Positions 12,797 to 28,331 of a stretch of DNA of 64,000 nt are shown piece after piece. The notes under the pieces are model-generated. The model was not told where the DNA came from. It searched no databases and saw only the letters and a list, made by a program, of their open reading frames with translations. Numbering within the stretch: the first letter of the stretch is position 1; each line of letters begins with the position of its first letter. The stretch lies in contig NC_090599.1 in the NCBI RefSeq assembly GCF_000497125.1, positions 1,488,001-1,552,000 on the forward strand, written 5' to 3'. Both the position numbers and the translations under genes were made by a program. The DNA is from Spironucleus salmonicida. Its lineage: Eukaryota.

Positions 12797-14716
12797 ATGA
12801 CACAATGTAATAATCCTTAATAGCCACCTATTTTAATATTCACAGTAGTACTAGGTTTACTAATACCAATTTATAATAAAGATACAAGGTTTCCTTTCAT
12901 AAAAGCATACATGGTATTATTTATTGTTACATTTATTCTCAACCTAATTACAGTTATTGTTTATTTCTTCTAAAAATTTTGGTGGGGAGCATTTGCTACA
13001 TTTGCAAGTACAATCTTGACATTATCATATTTATCTGGTATGACTTGGGATTTAAATCGATCATAGTAGGTTATAATTGCTTAATTATTCATCACAGTAT
13101 TCTAAACAACAGTTTTTGCTATATCTATAATTTCATCGCAGGAAGATAATTTGTGCAATATACCTATGTTTGCTGCTCTACCTTTGGCATCTATTAGTTT
13201 TTAATTTTCAAGTCTAGTTTACTTTGTTTATAGAATATTTAATTTATATAAGCAACATAACAGAACATTAATGTATGTGCCAGATGAAGCTAGAAGTACT
13301 ATTCGATTACATAGATATAATATTCCCGAAAAATTCTAAGTGAAATTACCTTGGTTATATTTTACAGGAAAAGTTGCTGACCATGTCGATTATGGCTTAT
13401 AATATGTGATGAATATTTCCACTGCTAGGAATATTCCTGTAAAAATATAGTAAGGTCATGATATTTAAAAACTTATAGTAGTTGGTAGGAATACTATTTA
13501 GTTAGATATCGTTGATGATGATGATTTTTAGTAGAATATAATTTTAGTTTAAAGAAAATAAAAATTATCTTAGTAGCATAGAATGGATTTAATTCGTTAT
13601 TATACAATGTTATCAACTCCTTAAGATAAATTTTTTACTATTAAACTTCATAGACACGAAATATTAAAAGATTTCATGTCCGAACTATTAAGAACACCAC
13701 TTGAACATCATGTATATGACTTGAAAACAGTAATTGCAGGGTCTGATAGCTATAATCCTAGAACTATTCTTGTAGACTGTCTTTCAACCGTCGCATTCAA
13801 GTTATTTACACCATTTTTAAACAATAAGGATATTGATGATGTCCAGTCTATCTAGTCATTTTCAATTTTAAACTCGAATGAGAATGATTCAAACTCGTTT
13901 GTTAATTATTCCGAATAAAATACAATAATCATGTCATCCGATATTTCTTCATCTCATGCCTATCTTATGGGTTGGATTATAGGAAAATGCCTTCTAGAAA
14001 ATGTATAAATTTGTGCACCGCTATCTAAACTTTTCTTAGCTCTCACAACGGATCTTCCACCTACTATTTCCGACGTTGCGGATTATGATTCTTCTTTTAA
14101 ATTCGATCTTGTTTAGGCCGAAATTGATGATCACTAATTCCATCAATTAGTTAACTCAATAGGTAATGTAAAACACCAAATCATTAAGGTGAAGAATTCG
14201 GAACTGCGTCTGCACGCGATCGATATTGCACATGCTGTATAGCTCAAGTTTTACGCAGGTAATGCTATAAAACTATAGGCTCTCCGCTTGGGGTTCAGGA
14301 ATGCCATCCCGTAGCCTGCTGATTTTTATCTTGATAGTGAACTGCTCTTCAAAAAACTTGTTGGGTCCTCTAAAATCGATGTTGAGGACTGGTAGAAATT
14401 CACAATCTTTGTTGATTTCCCAGGAAATTCATAAATTTCTGTCTGGTTTTTCGAAATTCTGCGTGAGAAAGTCAAGTTCTGCGAATTCGTTCTTAGACTT
14501 GCAACAGGTCTTCGTTGTGTCCCTTAAGGTGGTTTTGAAGAGCTAGGACGTGCTAAGTTTAGCGGTGTTAAAAAAGTGCTGTTTTAAGTATAGAGATGCG
14601 ACTTACGTGTTGGAGTATAGGGAGGTGATTTTGGTGTTTTTAGGTGTCCAGATTGTGGTAGCAAAGGATAACTAGAGCGGCTTATGGAGGAGGCGAAAGA
14701 TTCTATGATCGAGTGA
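12797..14716 (+). CDS. multi-pass membrane protein with a degenerate C-terminal HECT domain, 639 aa
   Basis: about 5 N-terminal hydrophobic helices; HECT-like GWIIGKCL, GFRNAIP, GSSKIDVEDWQKFT, SVWFFE, LATGLRCVPQGGFEEL; AGTGA stop. Confidence 0.8.
14712..14716 (+). terminator. AGTGA polyadenylation-type signal fused to the stop codon (one example of many)
   Basis: recurs at or just after the stops of about 20 genes in the window; reported for Spironucleus salmonicida. Confidence 0.7.
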
Positions 14717-15198
14717 TTAGGGAATTGAAGTTATTTGACCTAATTTGGATATTAGGAACCGCGTAAATAGTTTACTCCATTTATCTAATATAAAGTCGTC
14801 TATTTATTATGAAATAAATTATTATTACAAAACCAATCTTCAGAAGATTATAAATAACATGTTTTACGGTTAAACTTAAAATTATTAATTGAATCAAGTA
14901 GTTATTCTAGAAAATAGTTTATTTTTATTATTATCTTATTTATCATTTGATATGAGTTATCTAAAATAACATTTTATAAATTTATTTATTCGGTAAGAAA
15001 TTAATATAACCATATTACAAGATCATAGGAAATACAAATCTCCCTACTCGTCTTAATATTTGAATGTATCTGATTATTTAGAGAATACTGAAATATCATA
15101 ACTATATACTGGAAATCACTGTATCAGTTATTCAATAATATTACTATATTTTTTATATCAACATATTATATAAAACTACCAAATAAAGAAATGTATGG

Positions 15199-16185
15199 TC
15201 ATTATTCAACCTAAATATTATCTAAATTATTATCATTAACATTATCTCTAGTTAAATATTGGGCCAAAATAAGGTTTTTAAGCAAAGCTTATAAATGGTC
15301 CTTTTCATAAAAATCACGCAAAAATTAATACTATGACTATAGTTCGTTTGAAACCTAACATAAGTATAATTCTTATTTGTCAATGTTCTGAATTGATTAA
15401 TTTCTAACTGCTTATAAATTTGTCATAAACTATTTATAAGTTTAATTATTTATTGATAGGTGATGCTCTTACAATAAAAGTTGATGGAACTGTTAAGTTT
15501 TTAATTTTTATATATCTAACTATATTTGATAATCTTAGGATTGAGATTCATATAATTAATGGAGATAAGTTTATTTAGTTAATAAAACTTAGTTAATATC
15601 ATTTTATTAATCCCTTAAACCATAAAAAATAGACTTATAGTCTATAATTTATTATTATATAAGATTAAGGTTGATATCTGACGCTTAAATTTAGTCCTTA
15701 TATGATTAAATTCTTTATAATTAGGTTTAAATAATTTCTTTATTATATTGAATTTGATTTATTTTGACATTGTTATCCCTGTATAAATACGTTAATACAC
15801 TTAGTTAAAATCTATATTTTGATAAGCTTTTAGTATCGATGATAAATTTAAACGCGTTACTAGAAAGATATTAGAAATCATTATCTATTACTTTTTAATA
15901 TAATGTATCATTATTTTTGGTATTAAAATCATTTATTTAGTTTTACAACACTTAAATTTTGTCAACAATTCTCTAATATTGATCATTTTATATATAAAAT
16001 TTTAATTTTTATAATTTTGTGTTAAAGTCTGATTCTTTTTAGCCCAAAATTTGATTTTTATAACAAATTTATTCGCCATTAGCGAGTTCATTCTTTAACT
16101 ACTCAAAATATTAAGTTCTTTGTATATATTTTTAGCGAATACTAGACAATTTTTTCCTTAATAAGTTTATTATTTATTAATTCAT
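15199..16185 (-). CDS. Gln-rich coiled-coil hypothetical protein, 328 aa
   Basis: AAAAATG start MNQQIINLLRKKL..., long TGA-free frame with heptad character. Confidence 0.6.
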
Positions 16186-16221
16186 TTTTATTAATATAAA
16201 AATAAATATATAATAGATTCA

Positions 16222-16530
16222 TCACTTTAATTCCTGCTCTTAACTGACAACAAACGATTAATTAATTTTAAATAACAGATTATAGACACCTTCGTTTTCT
16301 AAATCATCTATCTTATCCAATTATTTATTTATCTAGTGAGTAATTTTGATTTAGAATTCTTTTTCCTCAATCATTTGTTACTGAACTTCCCCATATACTG
16401 TTCTCATGAAAAAAGGTCTTACTTCACGATAATATAATATATAATATTACTTTAAGTCTTATTTTAAATTACTACGCTTAGCTTTTAACTCTGATATTTC
16501 ATTCTTCAAAAACTAGATTTATTATTCCAT
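16222..16530 (-). CDS. small coiled-coil hypothetical protein, 102 aa
   Basis: MEQQIQFLKNEISELK...QEQELK-TGA in AGTGA context. Confidence 0.55.
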
Positions 16531-16693
16531 TTAAGTTTTTCTTGAATTATTAATTACATATATAATACTTTATTTATTAATATTTTTTGAATACAAATAT
16601 ATATATTATATAATTTTATATACAATTATTTTGTTGAAATATAGTTAAATCTATATATTATAGACTCTTACCAGATTCCGCTCCAATTGACAG

Positions 16694-17305
16694 ATGAGTC
16701 TAAAGAAAACAATCACAGTTCCAACTTTAAAGTTATCACGTTTAAATAACTAATATGACCCTATAACTAGATAAGACTTTGGTGATGATACTAAGCGTTA
16801 TGTGGAGATAGGAGATCATACGCTATTTTTATAATAAATCACAATTCTTAAAGATCAATAGAAAATAATATTTAACAGTCCAGATTATCAAAATATTTTA
16901 TTATTATCAGAAATTAGCGATTATTTTGGTTAACTTGAAGCAATGTAAGAAAAGATGGTGTTTTAATTCAAAATTTATTAATCATTTCTAACTCAAGAAT
17001 AAGTTAGAAATTTAGCTCTAGTAAAAGAGGCATACAACCTTAAGGAGCTACTATCTAATAGTTATTTCGTAGAAAATGTAAATTAAGAATTAAATATTTA
17101 TTAATAAATAAATAATCAGTTAAAATAGATAATTTAACTAACGATTATATAATAATAGTAATCTAAATCACTACAAAAAAAAATAGTGCATTAAAAGGAG
17201 AAATATTAGAATAGTATAATAGACGAAGCTTATTAAATTTTAGATAAGTTAAGACACTCTAGAAATTAGTTATCTAAATATTTTACTTAAGTGTAACTAA
17301 AATGA
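16694..17305 (+). CDS. hypothetical protein, 203 aa
   Basis: MSLKKTITVPTLKL... open frame, convergent with the kinase gene. Confidence 0.65.
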
Positions 17306-17323
17306 ATTGTGAATTATTTATTA

Positions 17324-18520
<1,197 letters not shown>

Positions 18521-18583
18521 TTTTACAGTAGCAATAGAAAATAATTAATATACATTACCTATTATTAGTATAACTTTTTATTT

Positions 18584-19009
18584 ATGAGCGATTAATAATA
18601 ATCTATAAATGATAACTATCTCGCGTACTTAGTCCGCTAAACATTTAACGACTTCACTTCCAAATAAAATCAAATGTTTGATACAATAAAACGTCGAATA
18701 TAATCATAAGAAGATGATGTAGGATAACTAAAAATTCAATATGACGAAGTTCTTAATGATTAGACTAGTTTATTTTAATAATTAAACAGTTTAACCTGTG
18801 GTGGAGTTGTTCTTGATCAATAGGCACTTTAGCATTAAATTTAAAAACATTAAACTTAATTTAATGAGACGCTACTATTTATCGAACCATTTACTAAAAA
18901 GTTGGAACGTAGCTAGACGCTCCAAAGTGTTGCTCAGATCTAATTAACAAAATTAAAAGAGGAAATTGACGGGACAATAAAAATCGTTCAAGAGCAAATG
19001 CTACATTGA
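18584..19009 (+). CDS. coiled-coil hypothetical protein, 141 aa
   Basis: MSDQQQSINDNYLAY...QEQMLH-TGA; AGTGA about 10 nt downstream. Confidence 0.7.
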
Positions 19010-19140
19010 ATTTCTAATTAGTGATTTTGGTAATTTCACTTGTGTAAATTAGATGTAGTATATATTATTTATATTAGTAGATCGAATTAGGCTTTTAATT
19101 ATATATTAATACTATATAAGTATATATTGCTACATAATAA

Positions 19141-20142
19141 ATGCTGTAAATATATAGAAAGATTCACTTTAATCCACCGAAATATAAACTAGGCTACATT
19201 CTGTCAGTACCCACATAAGTAACATCTTTTTTGGCTTCAGATCTCAGTTCACCCTAATTTAGATAAAATTACGCCATTTTCGTCACACAGACTCTTAAAA
19301 AGCAAAACTTTGTAGACTTCATCTCAAAGTCCACTATATCATCACTTATATTTCTAGCATTGTAAACTTAAATTGTCATTCCGTTATTATCTTTTCTTGC
19401 TGCAAACTCAGATATTTTGGGTGAAATTTTAGCATTTTCAGGTGGGTTTCAAGTTTGTTAATAGTGGAAATCTAGAGACTGTATTGAACTTGCAACTAAC
19501 ATGTTAGCAAGCTCAGAATCATCATTTAAGGCTCTCCCAGATAACTTTTTATCATAAATCAATTCGACAAAAATAAGTCTAATGTGTATTTAAAATGAAC
19601 TTTTCATTCCGTAATCCATCCAATATATTGAAATTTGGCGAGACTCTTATGCCCTTACTGCTATGAGAATATGCTGCTAAAAATAGTGGAAAATTTAATT
19701 ACCAACACACGGTGAACTATTATAAATTGGATCTTCTGAAGCGTTTTCCCTCATTTTGTGCTCACCAGCTCCAACTGAATCAGTGGATTTATCATAAAAA
19801 TTCGTTTCATCTACGTCAAATTCCCAGATCTAAATCTTAGCATGCTGCGCAAAATTTTCACTTTTCACCCTTAATCCTGAAATCACATTGAATTTAGCAT
19901 TAAATGATCCAATTTTAGGAGTACATGCTCTCGAAATTTTAATTAAAAATCCTTAAAAGTCTTACATCTCTAAACTAAATACAATGTATTTAAACTGTGG
20001 TGAAAAATGCCTTGACTTGGTAATAGAGCTTCTAGTATGCGAAATAGCGTAGAAAGACCAGGTTTTGTGTATTATAGAACGTATGGTCAGAGACGGTATC
20101 GATGGTAGTTTTGAGGTTTTAGAGGCACTTTCGGAAATGTGA
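19141..20142 (+). CDS. hypothetical helical-repeat-like protein, 333 aa
   Basis: MLQIYRKIHFNPP... to TGA 20140-20142; amphipathic helices. Confidence 0.75.
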
Positions 20143-20336
20143 AAAAATAGTCTACTATATAAAGTGTAATAATATGGGAATATATTATCCATATAGTCAG
20201 TTTATGCATACTATTTTAATCCACTATACTATTGTTGAGTTGCGTAACATTATTTAAATAAACATTTCAATAACTGCAATTTAAAATATCATATTACTTA
20301 TGTTTCAAGACACAATATCATTATTAACTTATATTA

Positions 20337-21419
20337 TCAATCCTAAAATAACGATGAACAATCTACTCTAAGCACTTCTTTAAGCCGCGCAAACACTAAT
20401 GAAATGTCTTCTACATTATCTTTAGTAATAAATAATTTATAAGTTTATGTGAATTTTGACTAAATAAGTAGATTTTATATTTGCTGTGCGCTGAAACATG
20501 TAATTACTCTATCGTAATTATTATTTAACGCATCTTCCAAAGCTTCAAGCAGGAAGTTGAATACTTTAAAACAAACGATCATTCTATTTATTTACTACAA
20601 GTTTAAATTTGCTATTAGTATTCCGATTTATTATAGATCAAGCAACTAACTTATTTAAAGAATAAACTAGCAAACTTCTACTAATTATGGCCCTTTCTAT
20701 TTCCGCAAAATCAAATTTACTAACTAAAGTGCTTTATTATCCAAAAGGAAGTAAATTCCATTTGTTAACGTTAATAAATTTAAGGTTTTCAGTAAAATAA
20801 ATGCATTTGAAAACTTTACTGTGATAGAACTTTGCGGTTTAAGAACAAATTTTAATAAGAATTAAAAAACAACTTAAAACTCTATTTAAACTAAATGTTC
20901 AAGCTAACTATACTATCTAGCAGTGTTTAACATGAAAAATAAATACGGATTAAGCATTTCTGGTGAGTAATTAAGGAAGTCAATGAAGTTCTTGTTAATA
21001 AAATCGAAAAACTGATTTGTGAGGTCTGAATCCGAGTTAGTGATTTATGCATATATGTTAAAAATGTTTATAATGGTGTTCATATTATCAGAGTTTTCCT
21101 TAATGAAAAATGGTAGGTTTGCATAAAAATTATATCTCTTCACTAAGGAAAATCGCACTTCAAGGTCAGAAATAATATTATAAACTATGAAGAGAGCTTT
21201 AGTTCTATCTGAATAAATTGGTGAAGTAATCTAGTTTAACAATAACTAAAGAATTTCTGGTGATTTATAGAAATATAGAATAACATTTTCAGGCGGTACA
21301 CTAATAATCTGCGTGAAACTTACTGAAGGTTCATTCTAAATATGTAGTTAACTTTGTCTATTAAACTATAAATTTTTTGGGTCTTTCAACCAGATGTGCA
21401 TGTGAAGTTGTTTATACAT
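20337..21419 (-). CDS. hypothetical helical-repeat (ARM/HEAT-like) protein, 360 aa
   Basis: MYKQLHMHIWLKDP...SSLFQD-TGA; Leu/Ile-rich amphipathic helices. Confidence 0.7.
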
Positions 21420-21470
21420 TAAATGATATAAAATATTATGATATAATATTATATAAATAGATAAAAGTAG

Positions 21471-22217
21471 TCACTCAAATAGGTCAAAAAGTTCTTAAGG
21501 AATCTTCGCTGGCGGGGCATTCATTTCCTTGGTACTCATATAATCGTTAGTCATACCCTCTAAAAACTAAGAATCAAAAGCATTGTTGTCTAAATCTTCA
21601 TCATTTTCTACAAATTAATTTTATTGAGAGAAAATATTTCGCGAGGCGTTAGATGCATGACTAGAATTACTAGATTTAGGTTACTCATCTAAATCAGCAT
21701 ACTTCTATAATACAGATTTGGCTGCCTATAAAGCAACTTAAGGAGTAACTGTACGTGGAACTTTCTTTAATAACTCATCACGTTCATTCTCTGCTTACTA
21801 TCTCCTTTATTATTCCTACTAAAGCAAGGTTTTCAATTATTAATTTTCCGTTCTAAGTCTAGTTAATTCTGAATTAGGGGTTTGCGCTATGCAGCTAACT
21901 ATTTGTTAAGGCTGCAAAACTGGTGTAAAATCTGACCGTTACGACTGCTAAGATTATTAAGATGAATTATTTAATTATATAATTGGAGACTATGCACTGA
22001 GTTCCTCATATAATAGTTTAAACTCCTTCGATGATTATAGTAGAGACTCAAAATCACGTTTATCAAACGATGTTATATTATTCCCTGTAATAATTTTAGT
22101 TATTAACTCAATTTAGTATCTTTTCTCTCTTTCTTATTCATATTCAGCATATTCCTCTTTAGTCATATCAGCTAAGCGTTTACGCTTAGTTGTTAACGGT
22201 GTTGGCATATAGGACAT
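21471..22217 (-). CDS. low-complexity hypothetical protein, 248 aa
   Basis: MSYMPTPLTTKRKRL (NLS-like)...PQELFDLFE-TGA, AGTGA stop. Confidence 0.75.
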
Positions 22218-22296
22218 TTCAAAAAATCTAGCTAAATGTTTATATGAATATATTAATTAATTAGTTAATATATATTTATTGAAAACAAATGAATAC

Positions 22297-25200
22297 TCAT
22301 TTATGATCGATAATATCATATCCTAGATCAAATCTTTCCATTGCAAGCTATATTGCTTTTAATGTTTGCTAATATATCTCTTAAAAACAATCAGGTTTGA
22401 AGTTATCACCTAATAAAAACGGTTGCTAAATTCTGGGAACCCCTTATTCATCTTTAAAAGGATTCTAAAAACTTCCCTATGACTAATAAATTTCAATTCT
22501 TTTCTATCCCGATTACGACTTATAAAGTTTTATAATAATATGTGACATGAAATCTATCCATTATCTATCGACAATTCCTATATAACGTCTAATACTATTA
22601 CAAATACCATGTAAAAGACTTTCTGAAACAAAATATAGTTATATTCCTGGGGTTTCTAACTATTCTGCTATTTCTTTTAGCATTTCATGAGCTATAAGAC
22701 CAGAAATCACCTATCTATTTATTCCTGATGTACCATATTCTAGGGGAATGGAAAATTTTGCCAGAGTTCTTGACATTTCATACGCCTTTCTAAGTCTGGT
22801 ATAAATAGGTTCTGGCAGCAAGTTTCCAGACTAAAGTGCCTCATATCGCAATGTATCATAAACATCTCCTATTTTACTTACGTTAAAATCTTCTTATTTA
22901 CTAAATTAGTCTAGTCCTGCTTGATATCTAGCGATAGTGACGTCATATTTATTTGTATTATCTTGCAATTTCATTTCTAGATAAATATCTAAGATTTCAG
23001 TCATAATATCTCTAATATCTGTCAATTTTTAAAGAGGATTCCCTAAATCTTCAATTTTAAATCCATCTAATTAACCAACTAATCTTTTCATTGTTTAAGG
23101 TAAATCCTTGAGAGGTGTATTACAAAGCTCGATGTTTAATGTAAGTGCATCATTTAATAACTATTTTTCCATTTCCATTAATTTTCGTGCACGTTAATCA
23201 GTATACGATAAAGTTTACTTCTCTTATGGAATTAGTTCAGGAATATTAAATGTTGAACAAATATGTTAGGAAAACTATTGTGCAGTTTCTTATACTCGCT
23301 GCTCATCATTAGTAAATATATTGAAATTCGATAATAATACTTTTAACTCGTCTGGTTTATCGATTAAATCTTCTTATATATGATCTTCTAAAATTTTTGC
23401 TCCTACTTACGATTGAGACATACCTAACTATGTTAATACACCACCGTATTTAAGAATAATAGTACACTTCTTAATTCCTTTCCATGGTACTGGAAACTTA
23501 ATCTAAAATTTCATTGCAGGGGGATATGTCATCGCAACTTAGAATAGTATTTCAAGTTACTAGAAGTCTTTCTATGAAAATTCTTGTCTATGTTCTAATA
23601 AAAACTAATTCATTAAAGGGATCGAATAAGTTATTGATTCTATATGTTTATCTATAGAAAGAGAAATATCCTTAGGCTATGAAGGTTTTAAGTCAAATAA
23701 TTTGATAATTAAATCAACATAATGTGGAATATAGATATTAATCTTTATTTTTTATTTTGGTTATCTATCACCATGCCTATAAATGCCTACAACTGATTCT
23801 AAAGTAAAATCTGCATTGAATTGAGAATGCTTAAGGATTTTTGTACTGAGTTTATTCATATTTGTTAATGGAAATAACGAAAATATCATTTCTGGGTCAT
23901 CAATTGGCATTGAGTTAAATGGTACTGGCTGCCAAGAATCTTAGCTTTGTCCACGTGAGTAATAAATCTCTACAAATCTAGATGGACCTTAAAGATTTTC
24001 TGAGTTAATTAATTCATCTACAGATTTTGATAAGTCATAATCGTCACTGATCTTTTATAGATAATCACTACTTTGAAGTTCAGAATACAAAAAATGCAGT
24101 TAAGAACAATAATTTACTGCTTCTAATTACTATTCAGTCTAAATATTAAAACTAGCAAGTTCCTACATTTATGTGCCTGATAATAGATTATAAAGAGCAT
24201 ATATATGAGGTTGATCTGTTACGTAAAATCTGACTTAAAATTTATCCTTTTATATTATTTAAACTTCATCTAATTTACTAGAATGTTCTGATGGCGATTT
24301 AGGCGGTAACCTTTTCTTGCTTGACTTTGTTAATTATTAGGCAAATTTAAGAACATTATTATCAGATTAAATTACATTATTGCTATCTGAAAATTCTTAA
24401 TCATGACTACTTTTCATTGAAGAACCAACATTTGATTCGTCAACAATTTCTTACTGACGTTAAGTTTGATCCATTTTTTACATTTATATAATTTCTTGTT
24501 TTCTAAAATAATTAAAACTCATCTACATATCATCTTGAATACTACGAAGGAGGTTTGCTGTAATTTTTTCTCCTATTTATACTTTGTATAATTATGTACA
24601 CCCATACATGACCCCAATTAATGGTTTATAATAACTACTTATTAATACAAAAAGCTCTTAAAATTCTGGAATACTTTTCACCAACCCACCATGATGGGTA
24701 AGAAGAAATAAAAATAGTTCATATAGATCAGTTATTTTCGAAATATTAAAAAGAACTTTATTGTCCTCTTACAATGTTGCAAACTGCCGTACTACATATT
24801 ATATAAAACTAGACATGCATATATCTGATTTTACATAAACTGTGTTGTGATTTGTAGCTGCAAATAATATGTATTACTTCTACGATGCCAAAATTTATTC
24901 TAATTAAGATAAAACAATTTAAATTAAATTAGTAATATGTTCGAAAATCATTTTATGTGTGAAATTATAGCCGTAATTTTTCTTAAATTCTTATATACAC
25001 GGATAAAACTACTCTCTTATTATGTCATAATATCTTATTCTAAAATGCTTCCCTGATATATTATTAAAATCATCATTAAGTAAAAAATTATTTATATCTT
25101 TTAAGTACTGTTTTTATCTAATTTTTAAAGAATTCGATTATATATTAAGCGATTAATCTTCACATTATAAAAGATTTCTTAAATGATGAATTGAATAATC

Positions 25201-27201
25201 TAATGATGGTATATTTTAATTATTATGTAGTTTCTCAAGATAACTAAAAATATCTGGGCAAATAAAATCTGACGATGTATATGGTTCTTAATTTAAAAAT
25301 GGTAATATCTGCTCAATATCAACCTCGTCTGGTGAATAAAATCCTAATATTAAAGCTTATGCAGATTTAAATACTCGTCTTTCAGATGTGTGAAATATTT
25401 TCAACAAAATATCTTTATTGCTTTTAGTTTCAACAAATTTTTTTCTTGCTAGCTTACCAGCTTTAAATGCCTAACGTAATCCAGCTATTGTTAAATATCC
25501 ACCCCATTTAATAGTAAACTAATATGTTCCTTAGCTTAGGTCTTTAATTTATATTTTTGTACCAGAAAGTTATTGAATAATTAAATAAATCATCAATTTA
25601 ATACCTTCTAATGTAAGAGTATTTATTTATTTATTAGAATCTATCTCTTTTGGCTCATGATCTAATATATTTTATGGAGTTGAAATAACTTAATAAATTT
25701 TGGATATTTAAATTGTTGATAAATTTACTTTATGCAAACTAATATAATCCTCTAGATCTTCTGCAATTTACATAGATCTTTCGTACTAAAACTCAGGCCT
25801 CATACGGAAATCTAATCTCTCCCCTTATTCCGGTTTATTAACAAAGAGCTATAGTAAATCAATATCTTAAGTAATAAATCGAAACTTAAACTTTGGTGCA
25901 CGATCAGCATGCCTAAAAACTGACATCAACCCTCGTTATTTAATAGAATTGTTACTAATATATTTGTTATAGTAATCAGTACTTAAATCTTTACTAAGTT
26001 TATCTATGTATCTATTCGAAAGTGTTAATATCTTGTTGTTAAAAACATCATACGATGGTTACAAGTACTTATTGCTTATTACGAATAAATCTTTACCTAA
26101 ATATTAATAATTTCTTCTATATGCATCTAAAATTATCATTTTTGCTATAACTTAGCAACATTAATCTTCATAAAATAAATTTCCTTTGACAAAACTGAAA
26201 CCATTAACATCCATTATTAGTGATTTCCCATCTAAGGTTCTTAATATATCTAAACCACATATTAATTATCGAAAAGCTAGCCCAACATTCCGGGCCATTT
26301 CTCTTTCAATTTCAGAAAGCTCAATCTACTACCTTTTTTCTTTTCCTGTTATTTCATCTCTCTCAACCACCCCATCAACATGTGGAGCTTTTCTTATTTC
26401 TGCTAGCATATAATTTGGATAAATTGAATATATCTTCATGTCTTTCCCTCCAGAGTCCAAAAATTCTTCGTAAACATAACAGCCATCTCTACGAATTTAA
26501 AACTATCCTTCCTCAAAGCTAGAAGCCTTATTTTCAATTTTACGAAATAGTTTAATTATTCCAGTTTTAGTATAAATATAAACATTATGGTTATCTGCAT
26601 CCATTGGTTTTTCAATGAATGGTCTATTAAGTTTTCGTCCATTGTAATCAATATAATCATTAGTTTAAATTAAAGTCTACGGATCCTTGTATTAACAGGT
26701 TAAACAATTTTATTTAAGTACAGGATAGTCCTATTCTTATTTCAAAACAAACTCACACGAACATGTTTTACTAGTCAATTTGCCTTTATTTTGGCTAAGG
26801 ATCTACTTCTAAATAGTCTAACAATCTTGGCAATATACTCTTTATCTATGAATTATTATGAATTATGGTTATGGTACGTTATGATTGTTAAGTAAGTGTT
26901 TTATGTAACCTCTATTGAACAGTATTTTTTAATTCTCAATAGAGCCATTTACAACAGTAATATTACGCTTTTTCACATATTGAATTACTTTATTTATAGG
27001 AAAACCTGTTGAATGAAAAGCTATAGCAGCAAAAACATCGTCTGGCCAGTTCTCAATTGGCTCATTGAGAATCATTTCCTCGGAAAATATTTTAATTTCT
27101 AAAGTTTTTGTTTCTTACATTATTTTCTTAAGAATTGCTTGCATTGGCTTGGCATTGGCTTTTTTTGCCATACATATTATACCTAGTGCTTATCTAAACA
27201 T
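22297..27201 (-). CDS. VIP1: inositol pyrophosphate kinase VIP1/PPIP5K with two histidine-acid-phosphatase domains, 1634 aa
   Basis: GIICMAKKANAKPM, ILNEPIENWP, FHSTGFP, EKPMDADNHNV, EIRKAPHVDG, CGLDILR, DVNGFSFVK; RHADR at 25900-25914 and RHGDR at 23764-23778. Confidence 0.95.
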
Positions 27202-28331
27202 TAAAACCATATGATATTATATTATATAATAATTAAAAATGTTCCAAACCATTTTACATCTTAAAAATTAGTGAAAATATAGAAGAATATAAAATATTTT
27301 TGAATAAATTATAAGATATAACTATAAATAGTGAATGAACATTGATCTTCCATTAAAAATTAATATTGATTGATATGATGTACAAATATGATAAAGCATA
27401 TTACTATTGGCACTAAATCCATTTATGATTGATTTTGTAGATAAATTATAGTTAAATATGAGCATAGGATATATAAAATATATCTATAATTTTATTAAAT
27501 AAACTCAATTCTAATTGATGTTATATCGATGAACTTTATTTTCATTGTTATCCTTACAATCTTATCTAATTAAAATTATCGAAGAGTTAAATAAATCTAG
27601 TAAAAATCATATATTAACGATATTTTGTTACACATTAGTAAAGTAAAATACGTATTTTGGAAATCCTTATATAGTTTATCTTTATTTTTATAATTTAATA
27701 TCTTACATTATGAATAATTTATTTTATCTAAGTCTAGTATACTACTTGAATTATACAATTTATACAAGTCTGTCTGATTATTATTTATTAAAATTGAAAG
27801 TATTTCTATTTATTACATATTTAGTATTGTGAACGTATGTTTGTTAGTTAAATATGAAAGTGTTAAAATAATATGTTACAAAATTATAATTATAGTAGTG
27901 ACATATTTATAAGAATTATTAAAGTTAAATTAAAATTTATTATCAGATTATACTGATATAATTTTGATCTAACAGGAATTCGTCAGAATTTAGTCGTGTT
28001 CAAATATTATTGATAATAAATTGTTTATTTCTTGTAACTAAAAGAATTAAACAATCCTTTTGTAAATAGTGTAATAGATACAACAAAAACTAAACGTAAA
28101 ATATATAGCTTTTCAATATACTTATTAATTCAAAGGCATTATATTATATTTTAATAATAATATTAAATAAATGAAATCTTATTTTTAAATATCTTTATTT
28201 AGACTATAAAAACTCAAACTATAATATATATACTCTATATTATGATATTTATAATATTAATAAACTTAAACATTTATAAAAGGGACATACTATACAAAAA
28301 TATAAAGATATTTAGGTAAAATGTAAAATTA

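Noticed and set aside
20143-21405. Plus-strand open frames after the 19141 gene
   Set aside because: In-frame TGA at 20140; the minus-strand 20337..21419 frame is longer and more protein-like.
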